DNA of 64,000 bases, taken from Squalus acanthias. Lineage: Eukaryota. Positions 35,690 to 48,805 of the stretch are shown here, in pieces. The DNA lies in assembly GCA_030390025.1 (NCBI GenBank), contig CM059432.1, forward strand, positions 57,910,001 through 57,974,000. Reading direction: 5' to 3'. Numbering within the stretch: position 1 is the first letter of the stretch; each line of letters opens with the position of its first letter. A program made the position numbers and the translations under genes. The notes beneath the pieces were generated by a model. The model was given only the letters and a program-made list of their open reading frames with translations. It was not told where the DNA came from and did no database searches.

Positions 35690-36090
35690 AGACCAGAACA
35701 TAATCATTTCATCTTTAGGCCTTGTGTTTGATTCCAGTTCTGATGGAGGTGAAAGACAGTCCGTTCCCTCTGACTGCTGTGGGCAGTCCTGAAATGAGTC
35801 TAAATGGAGGCCCAAGTGGACAAAAGCCCACAGCATAGAAATGGTTTCAAATCTGGAGTTGATTTACACTGATCTCGCAATCTTATTCAGAAGCTATAAG
35901 AACAGAGAGAGTGTGGGAATGGAAATGTGACACTACTGAAGCAAAAGACTTTCTGAAGTTGGGATTGAGGTATTTTATTAGAGGGAAGGAGGAAGCTATG
36001 CATTGTAGCCATTTAGCCTGTGACATAGCAGACCTTGCAGTATGATGTATTGAGTGCATAGTTTAATTCCCGAGCACTGCATTGGGAAGC
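35690..36090 (+). mobile_element. Old LF-SINE-like element
   Basis: tttcatctttagg..gtttgattccag (B-box-like), tgaaatgagt, agtggaca, gggattgagg..ggaagctatgcattg occur in the order of the LF-SINE consensus as recalled. Confidence 0.35.
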
Positions 36091-38519
36091 ACATATGTAA
36101 AAAGATAATTAAAGCAACAGAAAACTTACCAAAGTGAATTAAAGCTCCAGTAGTGAAGTCATTCCTTTTATTAAAAAACTCGCGTTGCTCTCCATTTGAT
36201 TATTGTGAATGTTTCTCAGCTGGTTCTTATCCTTCTGATAGATGCATTGTGTGACCACTTATTTAGGTTACCTGCATTTCTAGGATATTGTTTTCCTGCT
36301 ATGGACTATGGTTAAGTGACACAACAGTTCCTGTGTAAAGTTAGAATGACATCACTTTAATTACTTAAATAAGAATAAATCCATGGGGCAGGGAATCCAC
36401 AGGAGATAGAAGTCCACTGTGTTATAAAATGCCAATAATGGGCAATTCATGGTTCATAAGTCAAGGGTGATTTCCCGTGCTGTCATTATATTTCAAGGAA
36501 GTCAAACCCAAGTCTGTAAGATGAAAGGAAAATATGATCCGGCAGCCCGTGCTTTAACTATCAGGTTTTTTTATAATAAACAAGAAAGAACTAGAATAAT
36601 AAGTTCAAATGAGTATGGAGTACTGTGACCAGAGGTGTACTAAATAGCTGAGAAATATTCACAGCAATTATAAAGGAGAGAACTACTTCACCCCAGGGGT
36701 TTAAGTTCCATTTTTTTTCAAAAAATGTATGAGGAAGATCGTCTAAGTAATCAAGTAAGAGTTTTATACAGTGATAATTGTAAACCACTTTGCAAACGGC
36801 AACAAAGTGAGATAATGCAGTTGCTTACTTTTTTAAAAATCTTTTTGAAAAGAAATGTAATGCCTATAATAACTCCCAACTTAAAATTTGGAGGATACAA
36901 TTATGTCTAATATAACTATATATATTTATGTTATAACTAATATATTTTTAAAATTCATTTATGGGATGGGGGCGTCGCTGGCAACGCCAGCATTTATTGC
37001 CCTTGAGAAGATAGTGGTGAGCCGCCCTCTTGAACCGCTGCAGTCCGTGTGGTGAAGGTACTCCCACAGTGCTGTTAGGTACAACATATAATGTTGTTCC
37101 TTGAAGAAAAACCTTTAAACATGCATCACTAGATGCCTATTCTAACTGTTGTAATAATTGATTGCAAAGTTGAACATCAGGCACTATCTAATAGCAATAA
37201 TAAACTCAAAGGCATGCAGATTTTAGAAACAATGCAGATGTTTCATTCATTGTTATGTAATTACGCATGATCATTAAGTGATTATTGACCAATTATATCT
37301 ACTGAAAATGTTGCATGCATGGTTCCATGTTATAAATGCAGGAGCTGCTTATTGAGCTCTATCCCTTCAGTGCTAGACAGCCATACCCACACTATCTAAG
37401 TTCATTGACAGAGCCCAGCATGCAGGTACTGTATCTCCACAAGCACTATCGACACTGCTTTTTGATCAAGCCACCATGAGCAATATCGTAAGAGGTTCTA
37501 CTCCCTCATTAATTTTCTCTTCCTTTCCTCCCTTATTCTCAAATGAACCAGTCATCATTAGTTCTTCCCCTTCAGAAGAAGCCCACAAACCATCACTCTT
37601 TAATACAAATTTTGATATCACACATAATGACTATTTCTCCCTCATTACTAAAACTAGTCAGCACTGTAACACACTTATTTCATCATTCTGTAACACACTT
37701 TTTTGGTCATCTGTAAAGACAGCCATACAGCAAGGTTTTACTATATCTGATTATGGGTACCCTTCCAAAATGTCATAACCTTTTTTTTTTCTCTTTACAT
37801 ATGCTGACTGATCTGTGTATTTCCAGTATTTTCTATTTTCTAACATTTTCAGTTTTCTTTTTTATTTTACCATATCTTGATAATTTCAGATTACAAATGG
37901 GAAATTAATGTTAATTTGAATGAATTTACCCATAACAGCAATTGAATAGTGAGTGAATAACTGGATCCATGAGCAATAATCAAATCATTATTAGAATAGC
38001 CTTCAGAAAGAGTATCCCAGGATAGAACAATAAAAGGTTCTTATCCTTTAATTCCACGCATCAAAGACAATTCTCTTTTGACCTGCTTATGACATGCCGA
38101 CGGTATAATCGACTTGATTACATGCAGATAAATGACTGAAGCTCGGTGTAATAGCAAAACAACCACTGATTGCAATTTTCAGCAAAAGGTTTCAATCATT
38201 TTTTCCCCTCTTTCCTGGTTTGCACACACAACTGTCACTGTAAAACATTTCTGTAAATCGACCTGGCAGATGAAACAGGGCACTATCAGTAATTGCTAAA
38301 ACCTTTTATCCTACCACCACCTGGGTCCCTGAGATTCTACAATGCTCTGGATGCTGAAACTCGCTGCAGAATTTAATGTTTGCAGAAATCACCCGCTGTT
38401 CTGGATCAGACAGAAAAGACAAATCTGAAAAATGAATATGCTTCCAACTTATCCTGTCCAAATCCAAAGTGTCAACTTGGCTCAGTGGGTAGCACTTCTG
38501 TTCTAAATCTGATGGAAGC

Positions 38520-38930
38520 AGGATAGGGAGCAGGAAGCGGGGAGAGGAGGAGGCGGAAGAGAAGAAGGGAGGAACAGAAGAGATGTCAAAGGAGGTGAAG
38601 GGGAAGGTAAGAGGGGGAAGGGAAGTGGAGGAGGAGGAAAGAGAAGGGGAGGAGAATAGAGAGAAAGGAGGGACGAAGGTGAGGGAAAGAGGAGAGGATG
38701 GTGTGAGGAGGGCAGGGTGAGATGGAGAAAGGGGAGGAGCGAGAGAGGCAAAGAGGAAGGAAGGAGAGGGAAAGATGAGGAGAGGGGAATAGGGAAAGAG
38801 AAGCAGAGGAGAAAGAGGGAAAATGGGGAAGGAATGGCTGGAGGGGGGAGAAGAAAGGAGAGTGGAGGGGAGGAGAAATGGAGGGGACAAGAAGAGAAGG
38901 GAATGCAAAGGAGGAAAAAGAAATGTAGGT
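38520..38930 (+). repeat. Polypurine (G/A) low-complexity tract
   Basis: ~400 nt almost entirely G and A on the plus strand. Confidence 0.9.
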
Positions 38931-40290
38931 CAAGGACAGGAATGTGGATTGGGATTTAGCGGCAAACTGTCTGAGCTGAGGGTGGGGGGTGCGCCTGGTG
39001 GGAAACTACCTCTGGGGAATATCCCAGGCAACAAAAGAGCTCAGCAGGGAGAAGCCAGGTGACAAGGTGCTTTGGGGGGCAGATGTCAACCAGAAAATTG
39101 CCATGGGGGAAGAGAAGAACTGAAAAGATCCTGAATGAGGAGTGGATGGTGCTGGGGGATTTGTACCATGTAGAATAACACCTGAACTGCAAAGGTGGCG
39201 GTGTCAGTGGAATATTCTTAACCATTCCTAATTGTTACCGTCCTTTATGTTTCCTATTCCTGTCATTCTCTTGTCTGATTTCTTGCTCTTCCTGCCATTG
39301 TCCTGTGTTACTTTCAAAATCTGACTAGTTTATCATCCATGGAATTGCTCATACACAAAATGGACAGGTTTTGTAACAGCAGATCTGATATAAATTAATT
39401 CAAGCAAACAAAAATTCCAATGTTAATTGAAGTTAAGAACTCATAGATTTATAATGTATTTAATAAATCGATATTTAAATATGGGGAGTCATTTCTTAAC
39501 TATTATTAAATTAAATGTAATAAGCAATTCAATTATTAAATGTAGTCATTAATTTAATTATGAAATTGAGTGATTTATATTAATGAATTAATTACTTTAA
39601 TAAATTATTACATTTAGTAAGTCATTTAATTATAAAATAGAATGAGTAACTTAGTTATAAAATGGAGTGAATTCCTTCCCCCTGCCCTGCCTCCCCTGAC
39701 ATCATGGGCCATGTTTGGGGTTGATGACTGTTCTGCCCCAGTCAGGCCCCGACAGAAACTCACAGCCGAGTCTGAGACCTAAGGTACCCGAGACCCGATT
39801 TCCATGATGCTATGCTGCACTCCTGACCAACTTATGTCAAGACTCACCACAGGCCCTGTGGAAATTCATGGTGTTATTATCTAGAATAACCAATGAAGAA
39901 TAGCCTCTTGTGTGGGTACAGAAGGGCAAGTATTGCCAATGGAAGATGGAACCCGAGCTGAGCAAGGAGCTAACCCCTTTCGGAGAAGGGGAGGGAGAGA
40001 ACTGTCAGAAAAAGAAGAGATAAAAGAAAAAAAAAAGGTGACATTTAAAGTAATTAATCCTAGATTACAAAGGGCTCATAGACTGTGGCTCTCTATTTCT
40101 TCACATCCTCCTCAACCTGTCTGTCAACTTTGACAGTATTGACCACTCTATGTTCTTCCAATAGTAGGAACACCATCACCTACAAATTTCCCTCCAAGTC
40201 ACACACCATCCTGACTTGGACACTGTAATTCCATCGTTATTGTTAGGTCAATATCCTGGAATTCCTCAACTAACTTCATGGGAACACCAT

Positions 40291-41895
40291 AGAATTATAG
40301 AAAGTTACAGCACGGAAGGAGGACATTTCGGCCCATTGTGTCCGCGCCGGCCAACAAAGAGCTATCCAGCCTAATCCCACTTCCCAGCTCTTGGTCAGTA
40401 GCCCTGCAGGTTACAGCATTCCAAGTGCATATCCAAGTACTTTTTAAATGTGGTTAGGGTTCCTGCCTCTACCACCTTTTCAGGCAGTGAGTTCCAGACC
40501 CCCACAACCCTCTGGGTGAAGAAATTTCTCCTCAAATCCCCTCTAAACCTTCCATCAATTACTTTAAATCTGTGCCCCCTGGTTTTTGACCCCTCTGCTA
40601 AGGGAAATAGGTCCTTTCTATCCACTTTATCTATGCCCCTCATAATTTTATACACCTCAATAAGGTCTCCCCTCAGCCTCCTCTGTTCCAAGGAAAACAG
40701 ACCCAGCCTATCCAGTCTTTCCTCATAGCTAAGATTCTCTACTCCCGGCAACATCCTTGTAAATCTCCTCTGTACCCTCTCTAGTGCAATCACATCTTTC
40801 CTGTAATGTGGTTACCAGAACTACACGCAGTACTCTAGCTGAGGCCTAACTAGTGTTTTGTACAGTTGAAGCATAACCCCCCTGCTCTTGTATTCTATGC
40901 CACGGCTAATAAAGACAAGCATTCCGTATGCCTTCTCATCCACCTTATCTACCTGGCCTGCTACCTTCAGGGATCTGTGGACATGCACTCCAAGGTCCCT
41001 TTGTTCCTCTATGCTACTCAGTGTCCTACCATTTAATGTATATTCCCTTTCCTTGTTAGCCCTCCCCAAATGCATTACCTCACACTTCTCCGGATTGAAT
41101 TCCATTTGCCACTGTTCTGCCCACCTGACCAATTTATTGATATCTTCCTGCAGTCTACAGCTTCCTTCTTCAGTATCAACCACACAGCCGATTTTAGTAT
41201 CATCTGCAAACTTCTTAATCATACCCCCTATATTCAAGTCTAGATCATTGATATATACCACAAAAAGCAAGGGACCTGGTACTGAGCCCTGCAGAACCCC
41301 ACTGGAAATAGCCTTCCATCACAAAAACACCCATCAACCATTATCCTCTGCTTCCTGTCTCCGAGTCAGTTTTGAATCCAACTTGACACTTTGCCCTGGA
41401 TCCCACGGGCTTTTAACTTCGTGACCAGTCTGCCATGTGGAACCTTATCAAAAGCCTTGCTAAAGTCCATATACACTACATCAAACGCACTACCCTCATC
41501 TACCCTCCTTGTTACCTCCTCAAAAAATTCAATCAAGTTTGTCAGACACGACCTTCCCTTAACAAATCCGTGCTGACTATCCTTGATTAATCCGTGTCTT
41601 TCCAAATGAAGATTTATCCTGTCCTTCAGAATTCTTTCCAATAATTTTCCCACCACCGAGGTTAGGCTGACTGGCCTGTAATTACTCGGTCTATCCTTTT
41701 TTCCCTTTTTAAACAAGGGTACCACATTAGCAGTCCTCCAGTCCTCTGGCACCATACCTGAAGCCAGAGAGGATTGAAAAATGATGGTCAGGGCTTATTT
41801 CCTCTTTTGCTTCACTTAACAGCCTGGGATACATTTCATCCGGGCCTGGGGATTTATCCACTTTTAAAGCTGCTAAACCCCTTAATACTTCCTCT
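40291..41895 (-). mobile_element. CR1 LINE, 5'-truncated
   Basis: Minus-strand RT ORF pieces (NYRPVSLTS, KFADD, LEYCV); catagaattatagaa tail; ccat duplication; splits a Zenon-like 3' UTR fragment. Confidence 0.9.
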
Positions 41896-42610
41896 CCATC
41901 TCCACAAGGACTGTAGAGTTCAAGAAGCAGGCCCACCACTACCTTCTCAAGGCACTAGAAATGGGCAATACATGTGGCTTGGCCAGCATCACCCACATCC
42001 CAAGAACAAATTTTTAAAAAGGTATTGGAAGGAGGGTTCTGGGGTTTGGGAGCAGTGGTCATGGGATGTGGAAAGACTGGGAAAAATGGTGATAATGAGA
42101 TGATGGGGTATGGCAGCGCTGAGGGGGGGTGGGTGGTATCCTAGGGTGTGGTAGGAGTGCGAGACAAGCCCAGGGTTTTGGAGCATTGGGAGGGATATGG
42201 TGGTCTGTGGGACCATTAGGGAGGGCGTTACTAGGTGTGGGTGTCCTGGGAGAAGGGTTTCAGGATGCCACTGGTGATAGCACTTTTCTCAGGGCATATT
42301 AGCAGTGGAAATACATGGGTGTTTGGTGTGAGGATGGAAGTAATGAGAGCTGTCAGAAGAGAGTAGTGGGGGGAGAAGATGTGGGTATTCAGTTGGGAGA
42401 ATCGAGTTTCAGGAGGAGAGGATTTCTGAAAATGTTTCCTGAGCAGTAAGTTAAGGAAACCTGCATTATTTAATTTTTTCTGTGCTTTTTAAATGAGTAG
42501 CTGTACTGATTTTAAAAGTTTTAAAGGTTTTGGAAGCCAGTTCCCAGTAATGGCCAGGACTGCAGCGACAGTGGGGGAATCGTTGGGGAGATGGCAGCTG
42601 GAGAGAGGCA

Positions 42611-43000
42611 GGCCTAGAAATTGGATATGGCCCGAAAACGGGCGGTGTCATGCCTCAGCACTATTTGGCTACGCCCGTTCAGAGTCGTCCAGGCAGCAAG
42701 CAAAATTCATGCTGAATGCTCATTTACACGACTGTAGTGCTGATCTCAGCACTAAATGCGCTGCTGATTAGCTTACCGCTCAACGGGTGGGTCAATATCG
42801 GGTGATGTCTAAAGACCAGTAATGTTTGACCTAGTCTTCTCCACTACTTAAAGGGGCGGCACTTTGATGCAGCAGTGCCTCATTGTCATTGGAGTTGGAA
42901 CTGGAATTGCAGTTGTTGTGTGAACACAAGGCTGAGCACCAGCAAAGAGAACGAGCCAGAAGGTTCTCCGATGCAGCTCTAGAGGCTGTGTTGCGGAGTT
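42611..43000 (+). mobile_element. Truncated end of a second Harbinger family with start of a Myb/SANT gene
   Basis: TIR ggcctagaaattgg; cttaaagggg motif; (M)AEHQQRERARRFSDAALEAVL matches the N-terminus of Harbinger Myb-like proteins. Confidence 0.65.
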
Positions 43001-43064
43001 GGGAGACACAAAACTTAGGTGTGATAACACTGTCACTGGCTGGGAGGTGCAATTGCAATATGAT

Positions 43065-43931
43065 GGGGGAAAAATTCAGTATCGCCCCATTTGGGGCGCA
43101 ATTATCGGCCGGGCGCAAAGATTAGCGCCTGGCGCGAATTATCGCCTCCAACTGCAAACTTGGCTTTTATCGCCCCTGGAAGTGATTGGAGCGCTAAATC
43201 AGGCGCTTCACACCTGTCTTAAGGCGTAAAGGCCGAGGAGCGAGGCGCTATCTCAGAGCGCTGGCGAAGTTCATGTGATGTCAGTCAACAATGGAACACA
43301 GACACAATGGCGCCGGCCAGTTCTTAAAGGGGAGGGTTGATCTTGCTCTCCATCCACATCCTGCTCATTGCAGTCTTGCATCTCGGCCTGGAGAGACCTG
43401 TACATCAAATCTGCTGGAAAGAACAATGGAGAGGCCCAGGGAAAGAGCTCAGAGTGCAGCCCCCACAGTCTCTTCTAAATCGATACAAGGAAGGGCAAAT
43501 CAAAATGAACCTGCAAAGTGCTGCTCAGTACTCAAAACTCCTTCACACAGCATTGAATCTCTCCAGAAGTCTCTCTCTCTCTCTCAGAATGCGTGGTGCA
43601 AAAATGTCACCAACAAAAAAAGGCAGGAAGCGGTCGCCTTTAAATAGCGCTCCCCCAGTCCCTTCCTGACTGCAAAACGCTCCCCTCAACCTGTCGTTGC
43701 TAGCGGCAGGCGGTAAGGCAGGGGACGCCACTCAATATCCGCTCCGGTGAGTTGCACACTCGACTGACGTCACGAGATTGTGGCGGTGAGTGTTTAGCGC
43801 CACCGCAAAATGTCTAGTTAATTTCGTAAGCGGCGCAAACATCGCCGCGCACGGGCGCTAGTTGTTTTGCGCCCCATTAGCGCCCTCTTAAGGCGCTAAT
43901 GGGAGGTGCAAACCAACTGAATTTTTCCCCC
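43065..43931. mobile_element. Non-autonomous Harbinger derivative
   Basis: TIR gggggaaaaattcagt / actgaatttttccccc; GAT TSD; ends homologous to 281-4255; inverted sister copy at 60918-61818. Confidence 0.92.
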
Positions 43932-45655
43932 GATGTCTTTACATAGGCAATTTCCATTATAAATGTGGACTTTAGAAATTTATAATAGGAAAAGTTGGCA
44001 GGAAATGTGTGTAGTAGTAAGACATTTTTAATATATTATGGATTTAAAAAAAGAAGTATATATAAAATAAAACAGCTCTCCTGTTGATCACAGTTAGTCT
44101 GGGGTCTGGAGAATGGTTGTGATGCTTAGCTGCTATCCTGCCCTGTCCCTGTGGAAATCCAGGTAATTATCACTGCTTGTAATTGTAGCTGGTTATAGCT
44201 GAGGTCAATTGGAGGTCAGTAAATTACTTGTAAATTTTAGGCTCCAGGTCAATGGCTGGCTACTGTAACAAAGTATGATACTTTGGAGTGTAATGTTTGG
44301 TGTGTAACATCTGGAGTGTGATGGACTCAAGCTAGCTCCAAGACATAAATAGATGAAAGTCCTTGCTAAAATGCTCTGCAGCTCCAAAAGACAAAACTCT
44401 TCTATTTGTAATAAAAGCCCTATTTTCAAGGCTGTTCTACCCATTGTGACACATCATGTAAAGCCTCTGTTGGTAAATCTGTCTTGTTAAGAATAACAGA
44501 TTAACTCTTATTACTGCAACTACACTGTCATAGTATTACAGATTATTTAATAATTAAACGTCCTATCAGAATTGATCCAAGTGTCAGTGAAGTTTACTGA
44601 TTTGGAACTGATCCTTTAAATACCAAATAACATTTTATTTAAGCAAGTTTATTGATCCGAAGCGTTTCATTCCTAATGCTACAGTTATTCTGCAGCAAGT
44701 GTACCAACATCAGTAGGTCAATGGAGGCTGTCTAGTATTATTATAAAATGCAGGAAGTCAGAATTCCATACATTTATATGCAAACACATGAACACAGTGC
44801 AGCTTGCATGCTTCTGACTGCAGCTGCTGTTTTCCTCAGTGACTACCAACTGCAGGCAGGGCAATATATTTCAGTCCTTTAAAAACTGAATAGTACAGTG
44901 GTTTGCAACTTTCTTTTTGAAAACTTTATCTGAATATTATCTTTGTGATATGCATACACAAATTAGGCCCTTACAGATTGTAGTACATCCCGTACAGTTA
45001 CTTAAACATTAATATCACATCTGCAAAATCCGCAAAATCCTCCCATGCTGTCAATCTAATTGTAACTAGACAAAGACTGTCTTCAACACAGTTCCTTAGG
45101 TTTTGATGAAATAATTTCTGTTCTATTGCAGGTGCTGTGTTCAGACTGTTAGCAAATATTGAGAAAGCCTCCATTTTATTTCAAATTAAACTGTCTCCTC
45201 AGAGGATCAACTTAAATGTGAATCACTCTCAGTCTATTTCTGCGAAGTCCCTTTTGTTTTTCTTCTTGTATAGATCCCTTCTCTCCACCAACTTATCCCC
45301 TGTGACCATCTTAGCTTCTTTGCTTAAGAGTACATTTCCATGGGATGGGCATCAGTGTTCCTCCATAGTTATTCCGGCAGGAAGCATACTGGGATATAGG
45401 AAAAGACCCATTTTCAGCCCATTTTCCCTCTCAATTCCAGGTAATCTGGCTGAGAACTACTAACTCTCCCTTAGGGGAGTCCAAGTCAGTCAGAACTGGG
45501 ATCTAAACCTCAGTCTCCTTGCGGACTGACCAGTTATCGGGAATAAAATGCTTATTTTTGATTTGCAAAATAGCCTTAAGAAAGCTGAATTATGGTCTAT
45601 CAACACTTATCAATCAACCATGTGTACAAGAATCCATACATTATACAGCAATATT

Positions 45656-46791
45656 GGGGGGAATTTTAACCCCCACTTCTGGTTCTAACGGAGAGAGGAT
45701 GGGGACGGGCGACCGATCCACTCGCAGGAGGTGGGCCCCTCATTTAAATATTTTAATGAGGCTGCATGCCTCAGATTTTTTTCTCCATTTTAGGTTTAAC
45801 CCTGGCCAGCTGGGTTTCCCGGGCCTCAGGAAACCTGGCAGCTAAAGTGAGATGAGGACTGCTGCGTGGAAGAGGTAAGTGCCTTTCCAGCACTGCTTGT
45901 GGGCCAGGAGGAGCATGAGTGCTTCCCCTCAGCCCACCAAGCTAACCTGCTTTCCCCTCGCAATCGGACCCCCCCACCCACATGATCGGACCCCCCCCCC
46001 TGAGCCACGATGTCCGCCCAACCTGGCCTTTCAGATCCCCCCCCCCACCCACGGTCTTCCCAATCCCTGTCCCTCCCTCCTCTGCGCTCCCCGGCTGCGG
46101 CCTCCAATCTCCCCCTGACCTTTCCGATCTCCCCCCGTGTCTTCCAATCTCCCCTGACCCTTCTGATCTCCCCCACCGTCACCGGCCCCCGATTTCCACC
46201 CCTCCCACCCCCGACACCAGCCTCCGATCACCCCTCCCCCCTACCCCCGACCACCGGCCTCCGATCACCCCTTCCCCCCACCCCCGACACCAGACTCCGA
46301 TCACCCCTGCCCCCCACCCCCGACACCAGACTCCGATCACCCCTGCCCCCCACCCCCGACACCAGACTCCGATCACCCCTGCCCCCCACCCCCGACACCA
46401 GCCTCCGATCACCCCTGCCCCCCACCCCCGACACTAGACTCCGATCACCCCTGCCCCCCACCCCCGACACCAGCCTCCGATCACCCCCAACCGACACCGG
46501 CCTCCAATCTTGCCCCCCCTGCGGCCTCCAATTTCTTCCCACCCCCTCTGGCCTTTCCAATCCCTCCACCCCTCCTCTCCGCTCCCTGGCTGCGGCCTGG
46601 TGCTGAAGGCCTATACGCCTGACAGTCAGCCACCCTCTCAATCTGGCTGTCTGCAGCCGGGAAACAGAGACAAAAAAATGTTAATCAGGTCCTTCTGTTA
46701 AAATTGGCAGGATCTGAGGGAAATACGTTCTTCCAGGTTTCCCGAATGCAAAATAGCCATCCCTCCCCACCTCACCATAAATATCGGGGCC
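45656..46791. mobile_element. MITE of the same family as 15350-20939, with internal 36-bp minisatellite
   Basis: Ends ggggggaattttaac / ataaatatcggggcc; ATT TSD; shares ctcctcctggcccacaagcagtgct with 20637-20660 (inverted). Confidence 0.85.
46195..46500 (+). repeat. 36-bp C-rich tandem repeat (~8 units)
   Basis: Unit ccccgacaccagactccgatcacccctgccccccac; shows as 12-aa periodicity in the ORF track. Confidence 0.95.
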
Positions 46792-47094
46792 ATTATGTCC
46801 AAGGCGGGCGTGAAAAATAAAATTGGCAAATCTGCAGAATCAGTGGGGTGCTTTACTGCTTTGTTTTCTGTCTCGTTACAAAATTGCTGGTCATATTTCC
46901 ATAAAAACAAGAAAACTATCGGTACTAATATGTGCAAGACTTCACAGGTATGATTTCAAAAAGTAAATGCATGATGATGGTAGCAGGATTTCATGGGAAG
47001 ATTATCACTTCTACTGATCGGTAAATAACTCCATTACATGAATTACACTAAACCACAACACCTGAGATGTTAGATCAGATAAAAGTTGTCTTAC

Positions 47095-47365
47095 GTTCTG
47101 TTTTCCAACAATATTATCAAATGGAAGTTCAGGACTCCAGGAACCTTCAGTAAATGTTGTGACGCTATTTCTTCTGTCACAAGATGTACTGGATTCTTTC
47201 GTAATGTCTTCAGGCAAAGTCAAAAGGCTTTCTTCTGGTTGCTTTATCAGGTATGTTTCAATATTGTGTTTTCGCAGAAACTCATTTCTCTCTTTTCCGT
47301 GCCCTTCTTCTACCTCATAATCATCATTTAGACAATCCAGTGTTGCCTTAGAAATATGAATCCTC
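47095..47365 (-). CDS. ADCY8: Adenylate cyclase 8, internal exon (exon 7 equivalent; end of C1a, start of C1b)
   Basis: tgcag|G AGG...CAG AAC|gtaaga; 271 nt; encodes [48 protein letters not shown]...[15 protein letters not shown] (inside ORF 47011..47409). Confidence 0.97.
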
Positions 47366-47510
47366 CTGCAAACCAGCAGATGAAAGAAAACACATTCAGA
47401 TCCCACCAAGAAACCATCCCTCCCAGAAACCTTAATAACAAGAACATTTGTTGTAAATTTATTATTAGAAGAAGAATAAATTGCTTATGGCTTGTATAAA
47501 TGATATTTAC

Positions 47511-47669
47511 CCAGGGATTCCACCAGACTCCAGTTTGTTTGCAATATCGACATCCCAGGACCAGACATCAAATTGCCATTTCCGAAGCCCGAGCACTCCA
47601 CAAAGCACAGATCCAGAGTGTATTCCTATACGCATGTCAATCTCATGCTTCGTATGGACTCTCACATAT
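47511..47669 (-). CDS. ADCY8: Adenylate cyclase 8, internal exon (exon 6 equivalent; C1a domain)
   Basis: ggctag|A TAT...CCT GG|gtaaat; 159 nt; encodes [53 protein letters not shown]. The [17 protein letters not shown] variant matches AC8. Confidence 0.97.
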
Positions 47670-48079
47670 CTAGCCAAACAAAAAGAAATAAAAATTACAG
47701 AAATTTTCCAACATTAAACAAGCTAACTGCTGTAACCTTAAAATTATGCTATGCAAATATAAATGGTTTAACACCTTCATTAAAACAGTAGTCAGAGCAA
47801 TATGTTAAATGTTTATATTCACACAGCATAATTTCAACAGCATTGTAAATTAAGGGTCAGTTTTCCACTTATGCGCTCCTGTTGGAAAATCATGGGCTGC
47901 ACAGTAGCAGGAAATTTATCTTTTAATCTCAGTTATTTAGAGTTTAGATATGCCTTTTTTTAAAGTTGTTTATAAATGCATATAACAAAGTGCTTAATAT
48001 TTACTACAGAAAATTCATGAATTATTTCAACATTCACTGTCCTCTTAAATGTTATTGATGTCTTAACTGCAGTAACTTG

Positions 48080-48805
48080 CTGGATCACTCCGGAATAAAC
48101 TTCAATACCAAAGGCTACTTTTAGCGCCCCGAAAAAATTAGCACCCCCACAGCTGAAATTCATCGGTAGCGCCCCAAGAGGGAAGCGGGGTACTACTGGA
48201 AGCGCCCCGCCTCCCTCTTGGGGTGCTGTGAGGGAATATCGCGGCGCTACGTGCCGCGGTACTGCAGGCGTTCCTCCCCTTCTTAAAGGGGAGGGGCCTA
48301 GCGCAGCGCGACCCGGGGCCCAGCTGGGCCACCAGGGATCGGAGTGCCGGCAAAAGAGCCCGGCACTCAAGAGAAGTGCCGGGCTCACGGAGCGCAGCTG
48401 GCACTCCACAGGGAGGCTGCTCAGGAGGCCGGGGACAGCAACAGGGGCAGGTGCTGGCAGGCGGCCAGCAACAAAAATGGCCACCCAGCACCTCGCCTTT
48501 AATTAGCGCCGTCCTGGCCGCAGGTTGGCCCCCCTGACCCCGTCGGAAATAGCGTCCGGCGGTAAGTCAGGGGGCGCTACCGAAGATCGCAGCTGGGGTG
48601 CAAGCAGGGTGCTGTGCACGGTGATGATGTCATCGCCGGCAGTGCAGCGGGGCAGGGCGCTAACGGTTACCGCTGCCGCTAACCTCCCGCTGAATTTCGC
48701 GGGAGGCGTTGGCAGCAACGCGCCCGGGCACTAGTTGTTTTGCGTCCCGTTAGCGCCCTCTTAGGGCACTAATGGGAGGCGCAAAGCAACCGAATTTCTC
48801 CCCCC
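48080..48805. mobile_element. Harbinger-related non-autonomous element, left end eroded
   Basis: Right end accgaatttctcccccc with the cccgttagcgccc..gggcactaatggg hairpin, as at 43870-43931. Confidence 0.75.

Noticed and set aside
38306..38933. Ser/Pro/Leu/Phe-rich ORFs
   Set aside because: Translation of the polypyrimidine strand of the low-complexity tract.
45982..46641. ORFs with 12-aa repeats
   Set aside because: Translation of the 36-bp minisatellite.
47960..48734. GC-rich block resembling a CpG-island promoter or first exon
   Set aside because: Ends in a Harbinger TIR and shares subterminal sequence with 43065-43931.
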